Below are positions 17,357-24,898 of a stretch of 64,000 nt of DNA, one piece after another. The position numbers and the translations under genes were made by a program. This DNA is from an uncultured Lentisphaerota bacterium (GTDB lineage: Bacteria > Verrucomicrobiota > Lentisphaeria > Victivallales > GWF2-50-93), in assembly GCA_903872565.1 (NCBI GenBank), contig CAIQLG010000012.1, positions 18,337 to 82,336 of the forward strand, written 5' to 3'. The notes beneath the pieces are model-generated. The model searched no databases and was not told the origin of the DNA. It saw only the letters and a program-made list of their open reading frames with translations. Numbering within the stretch: the first letter of the stretch is position 1; every line of letters begins with the position of its first letter.

Positions 17357-17713
17357 CTATATGCCACCCAATGAACATTTGGCATGTCCGGCCTCAAGAA
17401 GCGCCTCCCAAATTTTCATCATTTCAGGGGGGAGGCATTTGCTCATGATTCTTTCGGGATCCACCGGATCAATGAAATGAGCAAGTTCGTGTGCAATAAC
17501 AGGCACCAATCCAAGCCGATATTTAGGTTCAAGAATGCTACTATTGCTGTAATGCAGGACTACCTTGGTAGTTTTTCCAAAGAGAGCACGTCCCATTACT
17601 CCCTCGAAAGAATCATCGTACACGACTTCAAAGGAGATACCCTGAAGTTCCGGGAAATATTTATTCCGCACGGACTCCATAAAAGCAACAACTTCGAGTT
17701 CATTATCAGTCAC
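17357..17713 (-). CDS. Small putative zinc metallopeptidase-like protein (HExxH)
   Basis: 118 aa, GTG start with GAGAGGTGA SD. Single VIAHELAHFIDP motif. No further family recognised. Confidence 0.55.
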   Translation of the reverse strand: MTDNELEVVAFMESVRNKYFPELQGISFEVVYDDSFEGVMGRALFGKTTKVVLHYSNSSILEPKYRLGLVPVIAHELAHFIDPVDPERIMSKCLPPEMMKIWEALLEAGHAKCSLGGI

Positions 17714-17818
17714 TTAATCACCTCTCATCCGGTCTTAATGCGAGTATGCAAAACACCCCAGACCCACACTTTGCGCAGGCCTAAGGATTGATTTTTTCAG
17801 ATGGCCGCAGGGTTGGTT

Positions 17819-17977
17819 TCAGTCCTCTGCTGTTGCGAGTGCCACAGCTTCAGCATACTCCAGATAGATTTCGACCGAGGGCACAACAATTCTGGCCTCA
17901 ACCTCGATACCTTTGTCCATCACGCGATCCATAGCTTCGACCAGGCTTGGACTTCCGCTTGTTTTTTCCGCTGTCAT
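17819..17977 (-). CDS. 52-aa GvpA-like protein lacking the central beta-hairpin (in-frame 16-residue gap relative to GvpA)
   Basis: Below the ORF-track length cutoff; I translated it by hand: [52 protein letters not shown]. It aligns with GvpA residues 1-24 and 41-68. SD GGGGAATACC and a sigma54-like element lie upstream. Confidence 0.6.
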   Translation of the reverse strand: MTAEKTSGSPSLVEAMDRVMDKGIEVEARIVVPSVEIYLEYAEAVALATAED

Positions 17978-18074
17978 GGTATTCCCCTTGTTTTACAATT
18001 CCCTTTTTTTCAGAACAGAAGCACCATCTTTTCAGATTTTTAATGCTTTATTCTTCTTTTCCAGCATTATATAT

Positions 18075-18090
18075 AGCAGGATTGATGCCA
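18075..18090 (-). promoter_or_regulatory. Candidate sigma54 (-24/-12) promoter upstream of the short gvpA-like ORF
   Basis: The minus strand reads TGGCATCAATCCTGCT, preceded by CAGCTATA as at the gvpA copy 2 element. About 100 nt upstream of ATG 17977. Confidence 0.5.
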
Positions 18091-18256
18091 TAAGTTATAG
18101 CTGGTGTTTTCATAAGTTCCTATCTTTATTAATATAAACATCTTGCATATATACAAAAAAATAATATGTCAAAATATACGGTGTCTGAAGGCTTCCTATA
18201 TGGTGATTATATGGGACAAATCCGGGCAGAATGGTTGGATTTGCCACAGAAAAGAA

Positions 18257-18393
18257 GGGAGGGGAAAGAATGGGAATTATGGGAGGAACGGGAATTATGG
18301 GAATTATAATTTTGTGTCCCTAGATTTGCTTGGCGGAAGTCTTTCCGCACAAGCAAATCTATAAGTTTCCACAATTGGGAGAATTGTGGAAAC
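18257..18393. repeat. G3-N6 periodic array followed by a 41-nt nested hairpin and a 12-bp-stem hairpin
   Basis: GGGAGGGGAAAGAATGGGAATTATGGGAGGAACGGGAATTATGGG (18257..18301). TAGATTTGCTTG-GCGGAAGTCTTTCCGC-ACAAGCAAATCTA (18321..18361). GTTTCCACAATT-gggag-AATTGTGGAAAC (18365..18393). Confidence 0.75.
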
Positions 18394-18551
18394 GTCATCT
18401 GAATATTTTTCTATGCATGAACCGCATACCCGCATCCTTTTTACTCAAAAGATGGCGCGGAATGAAAAATGCGGCGGCATGGAGCAAGTGTCCAAGCTCC
18501 ATGTCAATGTCAGAATAAATATGTTTTATGGCCGGGATGCCGTCCGTGATC

Positions 18552-19073
18552 CTATGCGGTCAGCGGCAGACCTTTATATGTCCATCTGTACGGTTTCGCC
18601 ATAGTCCTGTTGAAATAGGAAATGAACATTTCCATCTTATCCCCGAGATCGCCTTCATGCCCGGTCAATTCCGCAACCATTCGGACAAGAGTTTCGGACA
18701 TATGGGTGTTGAGCTGGTCGCTGATGAATATCCATTGGTCTTTCCGCCTGTCTCCTATTGTAGAGGCTATATGCTCTGCGAAATCCTGTTCGTTCCGCGT
18801 CTCGCCAATATGATGACGGACTATTTTTCCTGTGGCTACTTCAAAAGAGGGTATCAAGGAAAGTGTGCCATGCCGCATGTATTCGAACTCGATCTTCTCG
18901 GGATGACCGGCTATCATCGGCTTCGTCGGCGCAACCCGCTCCAGCGCCTGGATGCCGGTCTTTTCATCTGTCGAGATCAAATGCGTGCCAGCATCATGAA
19001 GCTCGGAGGCATGTGAATAAAGGCCGCAGATCTCCGTCTCGCGGTCATGGCCGAGTTCGTCAAATGGGCAGGC
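18552..19073 (-). mobile_element. IS630-family transposase relic (pseudogene: N-terminal HTH region missing, internal deletion removing the end of the DDE domain)
   Basis: ...FDELGHDRETEICGLYSH...LISTDEKTGIQALER...EFEYMRHGTLSL...FISDQLNTHMSE... jumps directly to ...FISYFNRTMAKPYRWTYKG. The open frame extends upstream of the ORF-track TTG start to a stop at 19074..19076. No inverted repeats of an intact IS were recognised. Confidence 0.75.
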
Positions 19074-19171
19074 TTACGGAGCAGGGAAACAAAAAAAAAA
19101 CTGTTTTTTTAAGGAGATGAGCTCGAGTGGTTCATCGAAGATAGGAACACAATGATCCTCAGAAGGAAAAA

Positions 19172-19249
19172 GTTAAGGAGAATGGGGAATTTGGAATGTG
19201 ACTCTCAGTAGATAATCTCGTGCGGAAAGACTTCCGCCGAGATTATCTA
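19172..19249. repeat. Second copy of the 41-nt nested hairpin family with GGGGAATTTGGAATGTGA leader
   Basis: TAGATAATCTCG-TGCGGAAAGACTTCCGC-CGAGATTATCTA (19209..19249). The inner GCGGAAAGACTTCCGC is the reverse complement of the inner hairpin at 18332..18347. Confidence 0.7.
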
Positions 19250-19488
19250 GGGAATTGTATTTTCGCGTTTTTTGCGTGTTCAGCGGGAAAAATATGGTAC
19301 CAAGTTTCCGCCGCGGCGGATTAAGTCCAAATTTCCTGACTCGTGGCTTCAATGACTGGCTCTCCTGTGTCCGTTTCGGAAAAACGGACATACTGTGAAT
19401 ACTTACCAGTTCCTGCGAATCAGGAGTTCCAAAATTATTTTTAAAAGAAAATTAGTTTTGCGTCTTGAAAAATTATATTTGCCGAACA

Positions 19489-19498
19489 TGGTATACCA
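19489..19498. promoter_or_regulatory. Candidate GntR-family operator (palindrome TGGTATACCA)
   Basis: Perfect 10-bp palindrome about 100 nt upstream of 19601. An identical site lies at 21419..21428. Shared context ATGGTATACCAC. Confidence 0.4.
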
Positions 19499-19600
19499 CA
19501 TATGCCATTTCTTGGAATATGAAGCAAGAGTTTGGTCAAGTCATGTGTGAGATGCCCGCAATATTTTATAAAATGAACTTTTCAATAAGGAATATATGAT

Positions 19601-20335
19601 ATGTCAATCGCAGAAATTCCCATGCAGACGACACCGGCGGTCGCGCGGCGGCTGGGAGGATTCAAAATACGGATCGGCGAGCCATTTGTCATAGCCAGCC
19701 GGGAAGAGAGCCCGGATGAGGGCTCCCTCGTTCATCCCATGCTCTGGAAGTCGAACGATACCCTCTTTCTGAATTGGAACATTGATCGGGACATCCTCGA
19801 TGCCCTTTTGCCTGACCGACCCACCGGGCGCTTGAGCCGCGATGGTGGCCGCACCTGGCAACGGCAAACCGTGCTGGCACCGCCATGGTACGCTTGTACA
19901 ATAATGACTGGTCCGACGGAGTTAGCGTCCTGTTGGAAGAATTTTGAAATTCCCGGTTTTCCGGGACGGTATCGTATGGCGACTTGGCGATCGCCGGACA
20001 ACGGCCGATCCTGGGGCGACATGACCTGGACGGGACTGGAATACCCTGGAACGCGCGGATTGGATCCCTATGATCCGCCAGATGCTTACAAGCTGTATGA
20101 TCTCAACTATATCAGTGGCATGCAGCGTCCCGAGCCTCCGGCGTATATCGAATCACTCTATTGCAAGGCCGGATCGCGCAAACGTGGGCCCGGTTTTTGG
20201 CAAATTACCACCGATGCCAGGGGAACGCTCTACGGGCTGACTCACGCTCGATATCTTCCCGGTGGAGAAAATGTCGAGGATGAGCGCATCTTCTGGGCAA
20301 AGACTTCTGGAGCGTTGAATTACGCCTTCCGGTAG
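19601..20335 (+). pseudogene. Truncated BNR/sialidase-like paralog (N-terminal half only)
   Basis: The 244-aa product aligns with residues ~25-260 of the 465-aa protein at 24899..26296 (SRDGGRTW, SPDNGRSW BNR motifs) and then stops. The remaining propeller blades are missing. Adjacent to the IS relic. Confidence 0.55.
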
Positions 20336-20687
20336 TTGACAACAAGGGCGGACACTTTGATCCCCTACACGGAATAGCTGGAGAAAAACCGACCGATATC
20401 GCCCCTTGGTATTTCAATCTCTGCCGCCAGCGTACAAGAGGGCTGGAACGGACGATACAAGTCTTTTCTAAAATCGATTTTGGGTTGTTTCATGAGACGA
20501 CTGTGTTCGGAAGGCTGGTCGTAAGATAAATCAATCAATTGAGGCGTGCATTTCCTGCAAATGAAAATGATAAATACAAAGATAGGGTGATTATGGAATA
20601 TACAATGGTCTAAGTTGGATATGATTTGCATTGATTGAACAGAGAGTTTATGATGGAATAATATAACGGTAATGGTAAAAACAAATT

Positions 20688-21368
20688 ATGGGCACAATGA
20701 TGGATAAAGAAAATAATTATTCGTTGCTAACACAAAAAGAGTCTGCTTTTAAGAAAATAAAAGAAGGTATTTTATCTTCAAGATGGAGTCCTGGAAGCCG
20801 GCTGGTAGAAAGACAACTGTGTGCAGAATTAGGTGTGAGCAGAACTCCAATCCGAGAGGCTTTCAGCCGACTGGAAAGGGAAGGGCTAGTTGAACTTATA
20901 CCTCAGTGGGGTGTCTTTGTTAAAAAACTTAGTAAGAGTGACATCTTGGAAATATATGAAGTAAGGGATGCGCTAGAGGGTCTGGCTGTCAGATTAGCCG
21001 CTAAAAATGCGGAAGAGAATGATATTAAAACTATTCGGGATATGTTCCGGAAAATGGAAAAAGCTCTCGAAAATGCAAACTTCAAAGAACTTAACGAGGC
21101 GGACAACGCGTTTCATTTTTCAATAATAAAGGCCAGCCATAATAAGAAGCTTCTTGATTTTGTATCAATGTGCCATATAAATGTTTTCAACATGCCTGGC
21201 AACGGTAATCCTCCGGATTATGCATCACAGCAGAGGTCTATGGATGAACACCGCAAGATTCTTGAAAATCTGGTAAATAAAAAGGGGAAGGAAGCGGAAG
21301 AAGCACTGCGGAAGCATTTGAAAAATGCAAAAAACAGAGCTGAAGAACAGATCCATCAAGAGCCATAA
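20688..21368 (+). CDS. GntR-family transcriptional regulator (FadR/FCD-type C-terminal domain)
   Basis: Winged-helix signature LCAELGVSRTPIREAFSRLEREGLVELIPQWGVFV, followed by a helical effector domain. Confidence 0.9.
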   Translation: MGTMMDKENNYSLLTQKESAFKKIKEGILSSRWSPGSRLVERQLCAELGVSRTPIREAFSRLEREGLVELIPQWGVFVKKLSKSDILEIYEVRDALEGLAVRLAAKNAEENDIKTIRDMFRKMEKALENANFKELNEADNAFHFSIIKASHNKKLLDFVSMCHINVFNMPGNGNPPDYASQQRSMDEHRKILENLVNKKGKEAEEALRKHLKNAKNRAEEQIHQEP

Positions 21369-21418
21369 ATAAATCGAAAAAAAATAAAAAATAGTTGATC
21401 TTGTTGTTATGAATATTA

Positions 21419-21428
21419 TGGTATACCA
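21419..21428. promoter_or_regulatory. Candidate GntR-family operator (palindrome TGGTATACCA) upstream of the catabolic operon
   Basis: Identical palindrome to 19489..19498. About 150 nt upstream of the transketolase start, 50 nt downstream of the GntR gene. Confidence 0.45.
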
Positions 21429-21577
21429 CGTATTCCAGCAATGCCAAATGGCAATGTCGATGCGTATGAGGAATAGGATGCCAGCTGAGCTGATGCAGTT
21501 TTCATATGATGAAAAGCGTAAGCGGCAGAACAATTGACGCTCATGCAAAAATAAGTAAACTCGAAAGGAGAAGAACA

Positions 21578-22447
21578 ATGACAGATGAAGAAAAAGAAAT
21601 TTGCAAAAAGGCTCAGGAGATGCGCCTGATCCAGGCCGAGATGAGCAGGGAGTTTCCGTGTTATATCGGGTCGTCGCTCTCAATCACCGATGTCCTTGCA
21701 GTCCTGTATTTTTCGGTCATGAAAGTGGATCCCGAAAAACCAAAGGATCCGGACCGGGACATATTGGTTCTGAGCAAGGGGCATGCAAGCCCTGCGCTGT
21801 ATGCCGCACTTCACCTGCGGGGATACATGCCGAAGAAGAACCTTCTCCTGCACAGCACGTTGGAATCTCCGGTGTACTATCACCCCAGCGCGAAAATTCC
21901 AGGTATCGAGGTGTCCACCGGCTCTCTTGGGCATGGTCTGAATTTCGGCATTGGAACGGCCTTGGCCCAGAAGCAGGACGGCCGCAAGAGCCGCACGTTT
22001 GTCATTGTCGGGGACGGGGAGTTGAATGAGGGTTCCAACTGGGAGGCCATAATGTCGGCTCCCGCCTTCAAACTTGGGAATCTGGTTGCAATTGTCGATC
22101 GCAACGGTCTCCAGGCCAATAAACGCACAGAGGATTTGATTCCGATAGAAAATCTTAAAGACAAATGGGAATCCTTCGGATGGCGTGTGGCTGTAGTTGA
22201 CGGACACGATGTAGGGCAATTACGGGAAGTCCTCAAGATTTCAGGTACCCCTCAGTCGAAGCCGCTGGTGGTGATAGCCAAGACCGTCCGTAATAAAGGC
22301 ATTTCCTTCCAGGAAGACCAGGTGGACGCTTGGAATCTTCAGTTGAGCGAAGAAGATTTTCAACGGGCCTGCGCCGAAATCAGGGGTGGCATCAGGAAAT
22401 CATCAAAAAATGCAAAATCACAAAGTGTTGTTGGATTTAAAGAATAA
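21578..22447 (+). CDS. Transketolase, N-terminal (TPP-binding) subunit
   Basis: Start trimmed to ATG 21578 (GAAAGGAGAAG SD). LSKGHASPALYAAL, GSLGHGL, VIVGDGELNEGSNWEA are split-transketolase hallmarks. Confidence 0.9.
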   Translation: MTDEEKEICKKAQEMRLIQAEMSREFPCYIGSSLSITDVLAVLYFSVMKVDPEKPKDPDRDILVLSKGHASPALYAALHLRGYMPKKNLLLHSTLESPVYYHPSAKIPGIEVSTGSLGHGLNFGIGTALAQKQDGRKSRTFVIVGDGELNEGSNWEAIMSAPAFKLGNLVAIVDRNGLQANKRTEDLIPIENLKDKWESFGWRVAVVDGHDVGQLREVLKISGTPQSKPLVVIAKTVRNKGISFQEDQVDAWNLQLSEEDFQRACAEIRGGIRKSSKNAKSQSVVGFKE

Positions 22448-22466
22448 ACCAGGAAGGAGAATAAAC

Positions 22467-23381
22467 ATGTTATACGGCGATATTTTGAAATCAATAATGG
22501 AGCGGAATCCTAATGTGGTGGCTTTGACGGCCGAGGCACGCAAGGCTCTTGGGACAATCCCCGAGGAATACCCAAATCGATTTTGCGATTTTGGCATAGC
22601 GGAGCAGAATCTGGTGGGTGCCGCTGCAGGCATGGCGGCCATGGGCAAGATTCCTGTGATTCATGTGCCCCTGGCCGCATTTGTAACCATGCGTCCTTTT
22701 GAGTTTATCCGTACGAGCGTAGCCATGCAGGGGCGGAGTGTGAAGATCCCTGGGCTGCTTCCCGGATTCGCGGCTGGATTCCAGGGGCCAACCCATGTTG
22801 CGCTTGAGGATATCAGCCTGATGCGGGGCATCCCCGGCGTCACGGTCATGAGTGCATCCAGCATGGAGGAGCTGGAGGCTGTAATGGAACATGCGGCGGC
22901 AATCCCGGGCTGTGTCTATTTCCAGGTGCCTCCAGAGCTGCCTGAACGCCTCGAATATTGTGTTAAACCTTCGGACATCGCCCAGCCCCGCTGGTTGAGG
23001 AAAGGGAAGGACGGACTTGTGATCACCATGGGATTCATGACCCGGATTGCGATTGAAGCCGTTGAAATGCTGGCTGGGAAGGGCTTGGATTTGGCGTTGG
23101 TCAACCTGTGCATGTTGGATCCGATCCCCCAGGAAAAGCTGCTGCATATCATGAAAGGTTTTGCGAAGATCGCAACTGTAGAAGAACATTTCGTCACAGG
23201 TGGCCTTGGCAGCATCATTGCCGAGATCATGGCCGATAACGGCCTTGGAAAACAACTGAAGCGCATAGGTGTCGAAGACTGCTTCCCTGACCGCTACGTC
23301 ACGCACCTCGAGAACTTGGCCTATATCGGCCTTGACTCCAATGGCGTTGCAACTAAGCTGAAAAACTTTTTCAAAGGATAG
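22467..23381 (+). CDS. Transketolase, C-terminal (pyrimidine-binding) subunit
   Basis: Start trimmed to ATG 22467 (GGAAGGAGA SD). FGIAEQNLVGAAAGMA, GPTHVALEDISLMRGIPG. Confidence 0.9.
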   Translation: MLYGDILKSIMERNPNVVALTAEARKALGTIPEEYPNRFCDFGIAEQNLVGAAAGMAAMGKIPVIHVPLAAFVTMRPFEFIRTSVAMQGRSVKIPGLLPGFAAGFQGPTHVALEDISLMRGIPGVTVMSASSMEELEAVMEHAAAIPGCVYFQVPPELPERLEYCVKPSDIAQPRWLRKGKDGLVITMGFMTRIAIEAVEMLAGKGLDLALVNLCMLDPIPQEKLLHIMKGFAKIATVEEHFVTGGLGSIIAEIMADNGLGKQLKRIGVEDCFPDRYVTHLENLAYIGLDSNGVATKLKNFFKG

Positions 23382-23386
23382 CAGAA

Positions 23387-24811
23387 ATGAATAAGACAGT
23401 AGTAGAGCCCGAACGTAAGACGCCAGTATGGAAGGAATGCGACGTGCTGGTAGTGGGCGGCGGAGTTGCTGGGATTGTTGCCGCGCTGGCTGCGGCGCGG
23501 AACGGCGCCAGAACGGTGCTTGTAGAACAAAGCGGGGTGCTCGGCAACATGGCGGCATTCCATCTGCCGATTCTGAGCTTCTTCTCAACGAGCGGCAAAC
23601 GGCTCACCGGTGGCATTCCCGAGGAGATGGTTACACGCATGAAGGAATTGGGCGGATGCGCGGGGCACACGATGGATTGCGGCAACAAGTACAGTTCCGG
23701 TTCCGTCACGGTGGGCGATCCGGAGACATTTGAGTGCGTTGTGTTACAGATGCTGAAGGAGGCCGGAGTTGATGTCTGCCTCCATACATGGTTCGCCGCC
23801 CCATGGATGGATGGACGTATCGTGAAGGGTGCTTTCGTCGAGACCAAGAGCGGGCGGATGGCGATCTCCGCGAAAGTGACTGTTGACTGCTCAGGTGACG
23901 GCGATGTCGCGTTCCGGGCGGGCGCGCCCATGACGAAGCCTGGAGGAGAAAGCGGCGTGGTGCAGCCATCGACGATGCTTTTCACCATTGACGGCGTGGA
24001 TATGCTTCGCTTCGCCGAAGCCTCGCGGAAAAATCCGGATCTCTATCGTGTGCATCAGAAGATCGAAATCGTGGAGGGCACGGACGGACCGGAAGCAAGG
24101 CATTCCGAAGAATTGAGTGGACTTGAGCCGTTGATGGTGCCACTGCATGCTGCGGACAAACTCGGTTTTCCACAATCATTCATCATCCTTGCACGGACTG
24201 CGCGGAAAGGGCAATATCTGGTCAATATGGCCAAGGTGGATGATGTCGATGTTACCGACGCGGACAGTTTCAGCAAGGGGGAAATGACAGCCCGGATGCG
24301 GGTGTCGGCTGTGCTGAAGTTCCTCCGATCGTATGTGCCGGGTTTTGAAAATACACAGGTGGTCAGCACCCCTCCGCATCAACTTGGAATCCGGGAAGGG
24401 CGGATCTTGCTGGGCGAGCATATCCTGACGGTCGAAGAAATGGATGCTCGACAGAGTTATCCTGACACTGTCGCCATGGGTGGCCGCTATGTTGACATCC
24501 ACCGGTGCGAGGGGAAAGTCACGATGGCGGAGCGCAAAGTACCCAAGCTTCAGACTTTTCCGGACGGCTATTTCATCCCCTATCGCTGTCTCGTGCCGCG
24601 ACAGGTCGATGGGGTGCTTGTTGCTGGGCGCTGTATATCGACCACACGTGAGGCCATGGGCTCGGTGCGCGTCATGGGTTGCGTCCTGGCGCTGGGCCAG
24701 GCGGCAGGCGTGGCAGCGGCACTGTCTGCGAAGGGGAACGTTTCCGTGAAAAATCTTGATATCGGAAGATTGCAGGAGACTCTCAGAAAAGATGGCGCAA
24801 TTATAGAATAA
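23387..24811 (+). CDS. FAD-dependent oxidoreductase (PF12831-like)
   Basis: N-terminal dinucleotide fold CDVLVVGGGVAGIVAALAAARNGARTVLVEQ. C-terminal LVAGRCIS...MGCVLALGQAAGVAAA. No signal peptide. Confidence 0.8.
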   Translation: MNKTVVEPERKTPVWKECDVLVVGGGVAGIVAALAAARNGARTVLVEQSGVLGNMAAFHLPILSFFSTSGKRLTGGIPEEMVTRMKELGGCAGHTMDCGNKYSSGSVTVGDPETFECVVLQMLKEAGVDVCLHTWFAAPWMDGRIVKGAFVETKSGRMAISAKVTVDCSGDGDVAFRAGAPMTKPGGESGVVQPSTMLFTIDGVDMLRFAEASRKNPDLYRVHQKIEIVEGTDGPEARHSEELSGLEPLMVPLHAADKLGFPQSFIILARTARKGQYLVNMAKVDDVDVTDADSFSKGEMTARMRVSAVLKFLRSYVPGFENTQVVSTPPHQLGIREGRILLGEHILTVEEMDARQSYPDTVAMGGRYVDIHRCEGKVTMAERKVPKLQTFPDGYFIPYRCLVPRQVDGVLVAGRCISTTREAMGSVRVMGCVLALGQAAGVAAALSAKGNVSVKNLDIGRLQETLRKDGAIIE

Positions 24812-24898
24812 ATAGGAAGGTTGTAGAAAAATGAAAGAAGAAGTGACGGTCAAAAAGGCTGCCACGGAATCAGATAACAAGATAAGGAGGAGACTCAA

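Noticed and set aside
3444-19260. Possibility that the recurring hairpin repeats form a CRISPR array
   Set aside because: The repeats are not regularly spaced and differ in sequence and orientation. They are nested rather than separated by unique spacers of constant length, and no cas genes are present.
20336-20690. Whether the truncated BNR gene continues in another frame (a frameshift rather than a truncation), and the 88-aa minus ORF 20365..20631
   Set aside because: Translations downstream of the stop show only vague resemblance (for example VDNKGGHF versus SRDNGRTW), and the remaining ~220 residues cannot fit in 350 nt. The minus ORF has no motifs or SD. A formal tblastn would be needed to settle residual homology.
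21442-21464. TGGCAATGTCGATGCG (21449..21464, + strand) as a fifth sigma54 promoter, and the overlapping inverted repeat TGCCAAATGGCA (21442..21453)
   Set aside because: GG-N10-GC spacing is met, but the -12 region (ATGCG) and the -24 flank differ from the four tightly matching elements. It could equally be a regulator-binding palindrome. Left as unresolved rather than called.
21225-21683. 152-aa minus-strand ORF spanning the GntR-operon intergenic region
   Set aside because: It overlaps the 3' end of the GntR gene, the operator/promoter region and the transketolase start. It is AT-rich, Phe/Leu/Ile-biased and has no SD.
22491-23588. 365-aa minus-strand ORF; similar long antisense ORFs at 23371..23988, 24176..24898, 26547..27227, 39487..40182 and 47369..47935
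   Set aside because: They overlap well-supported + strand genes (transketolase, FAD oxidoreductases, aminotransferase, kinase) in GC-rich DNA, where stop codons are rare. The products are Arg/Pro/Ser-rich with no motifs.
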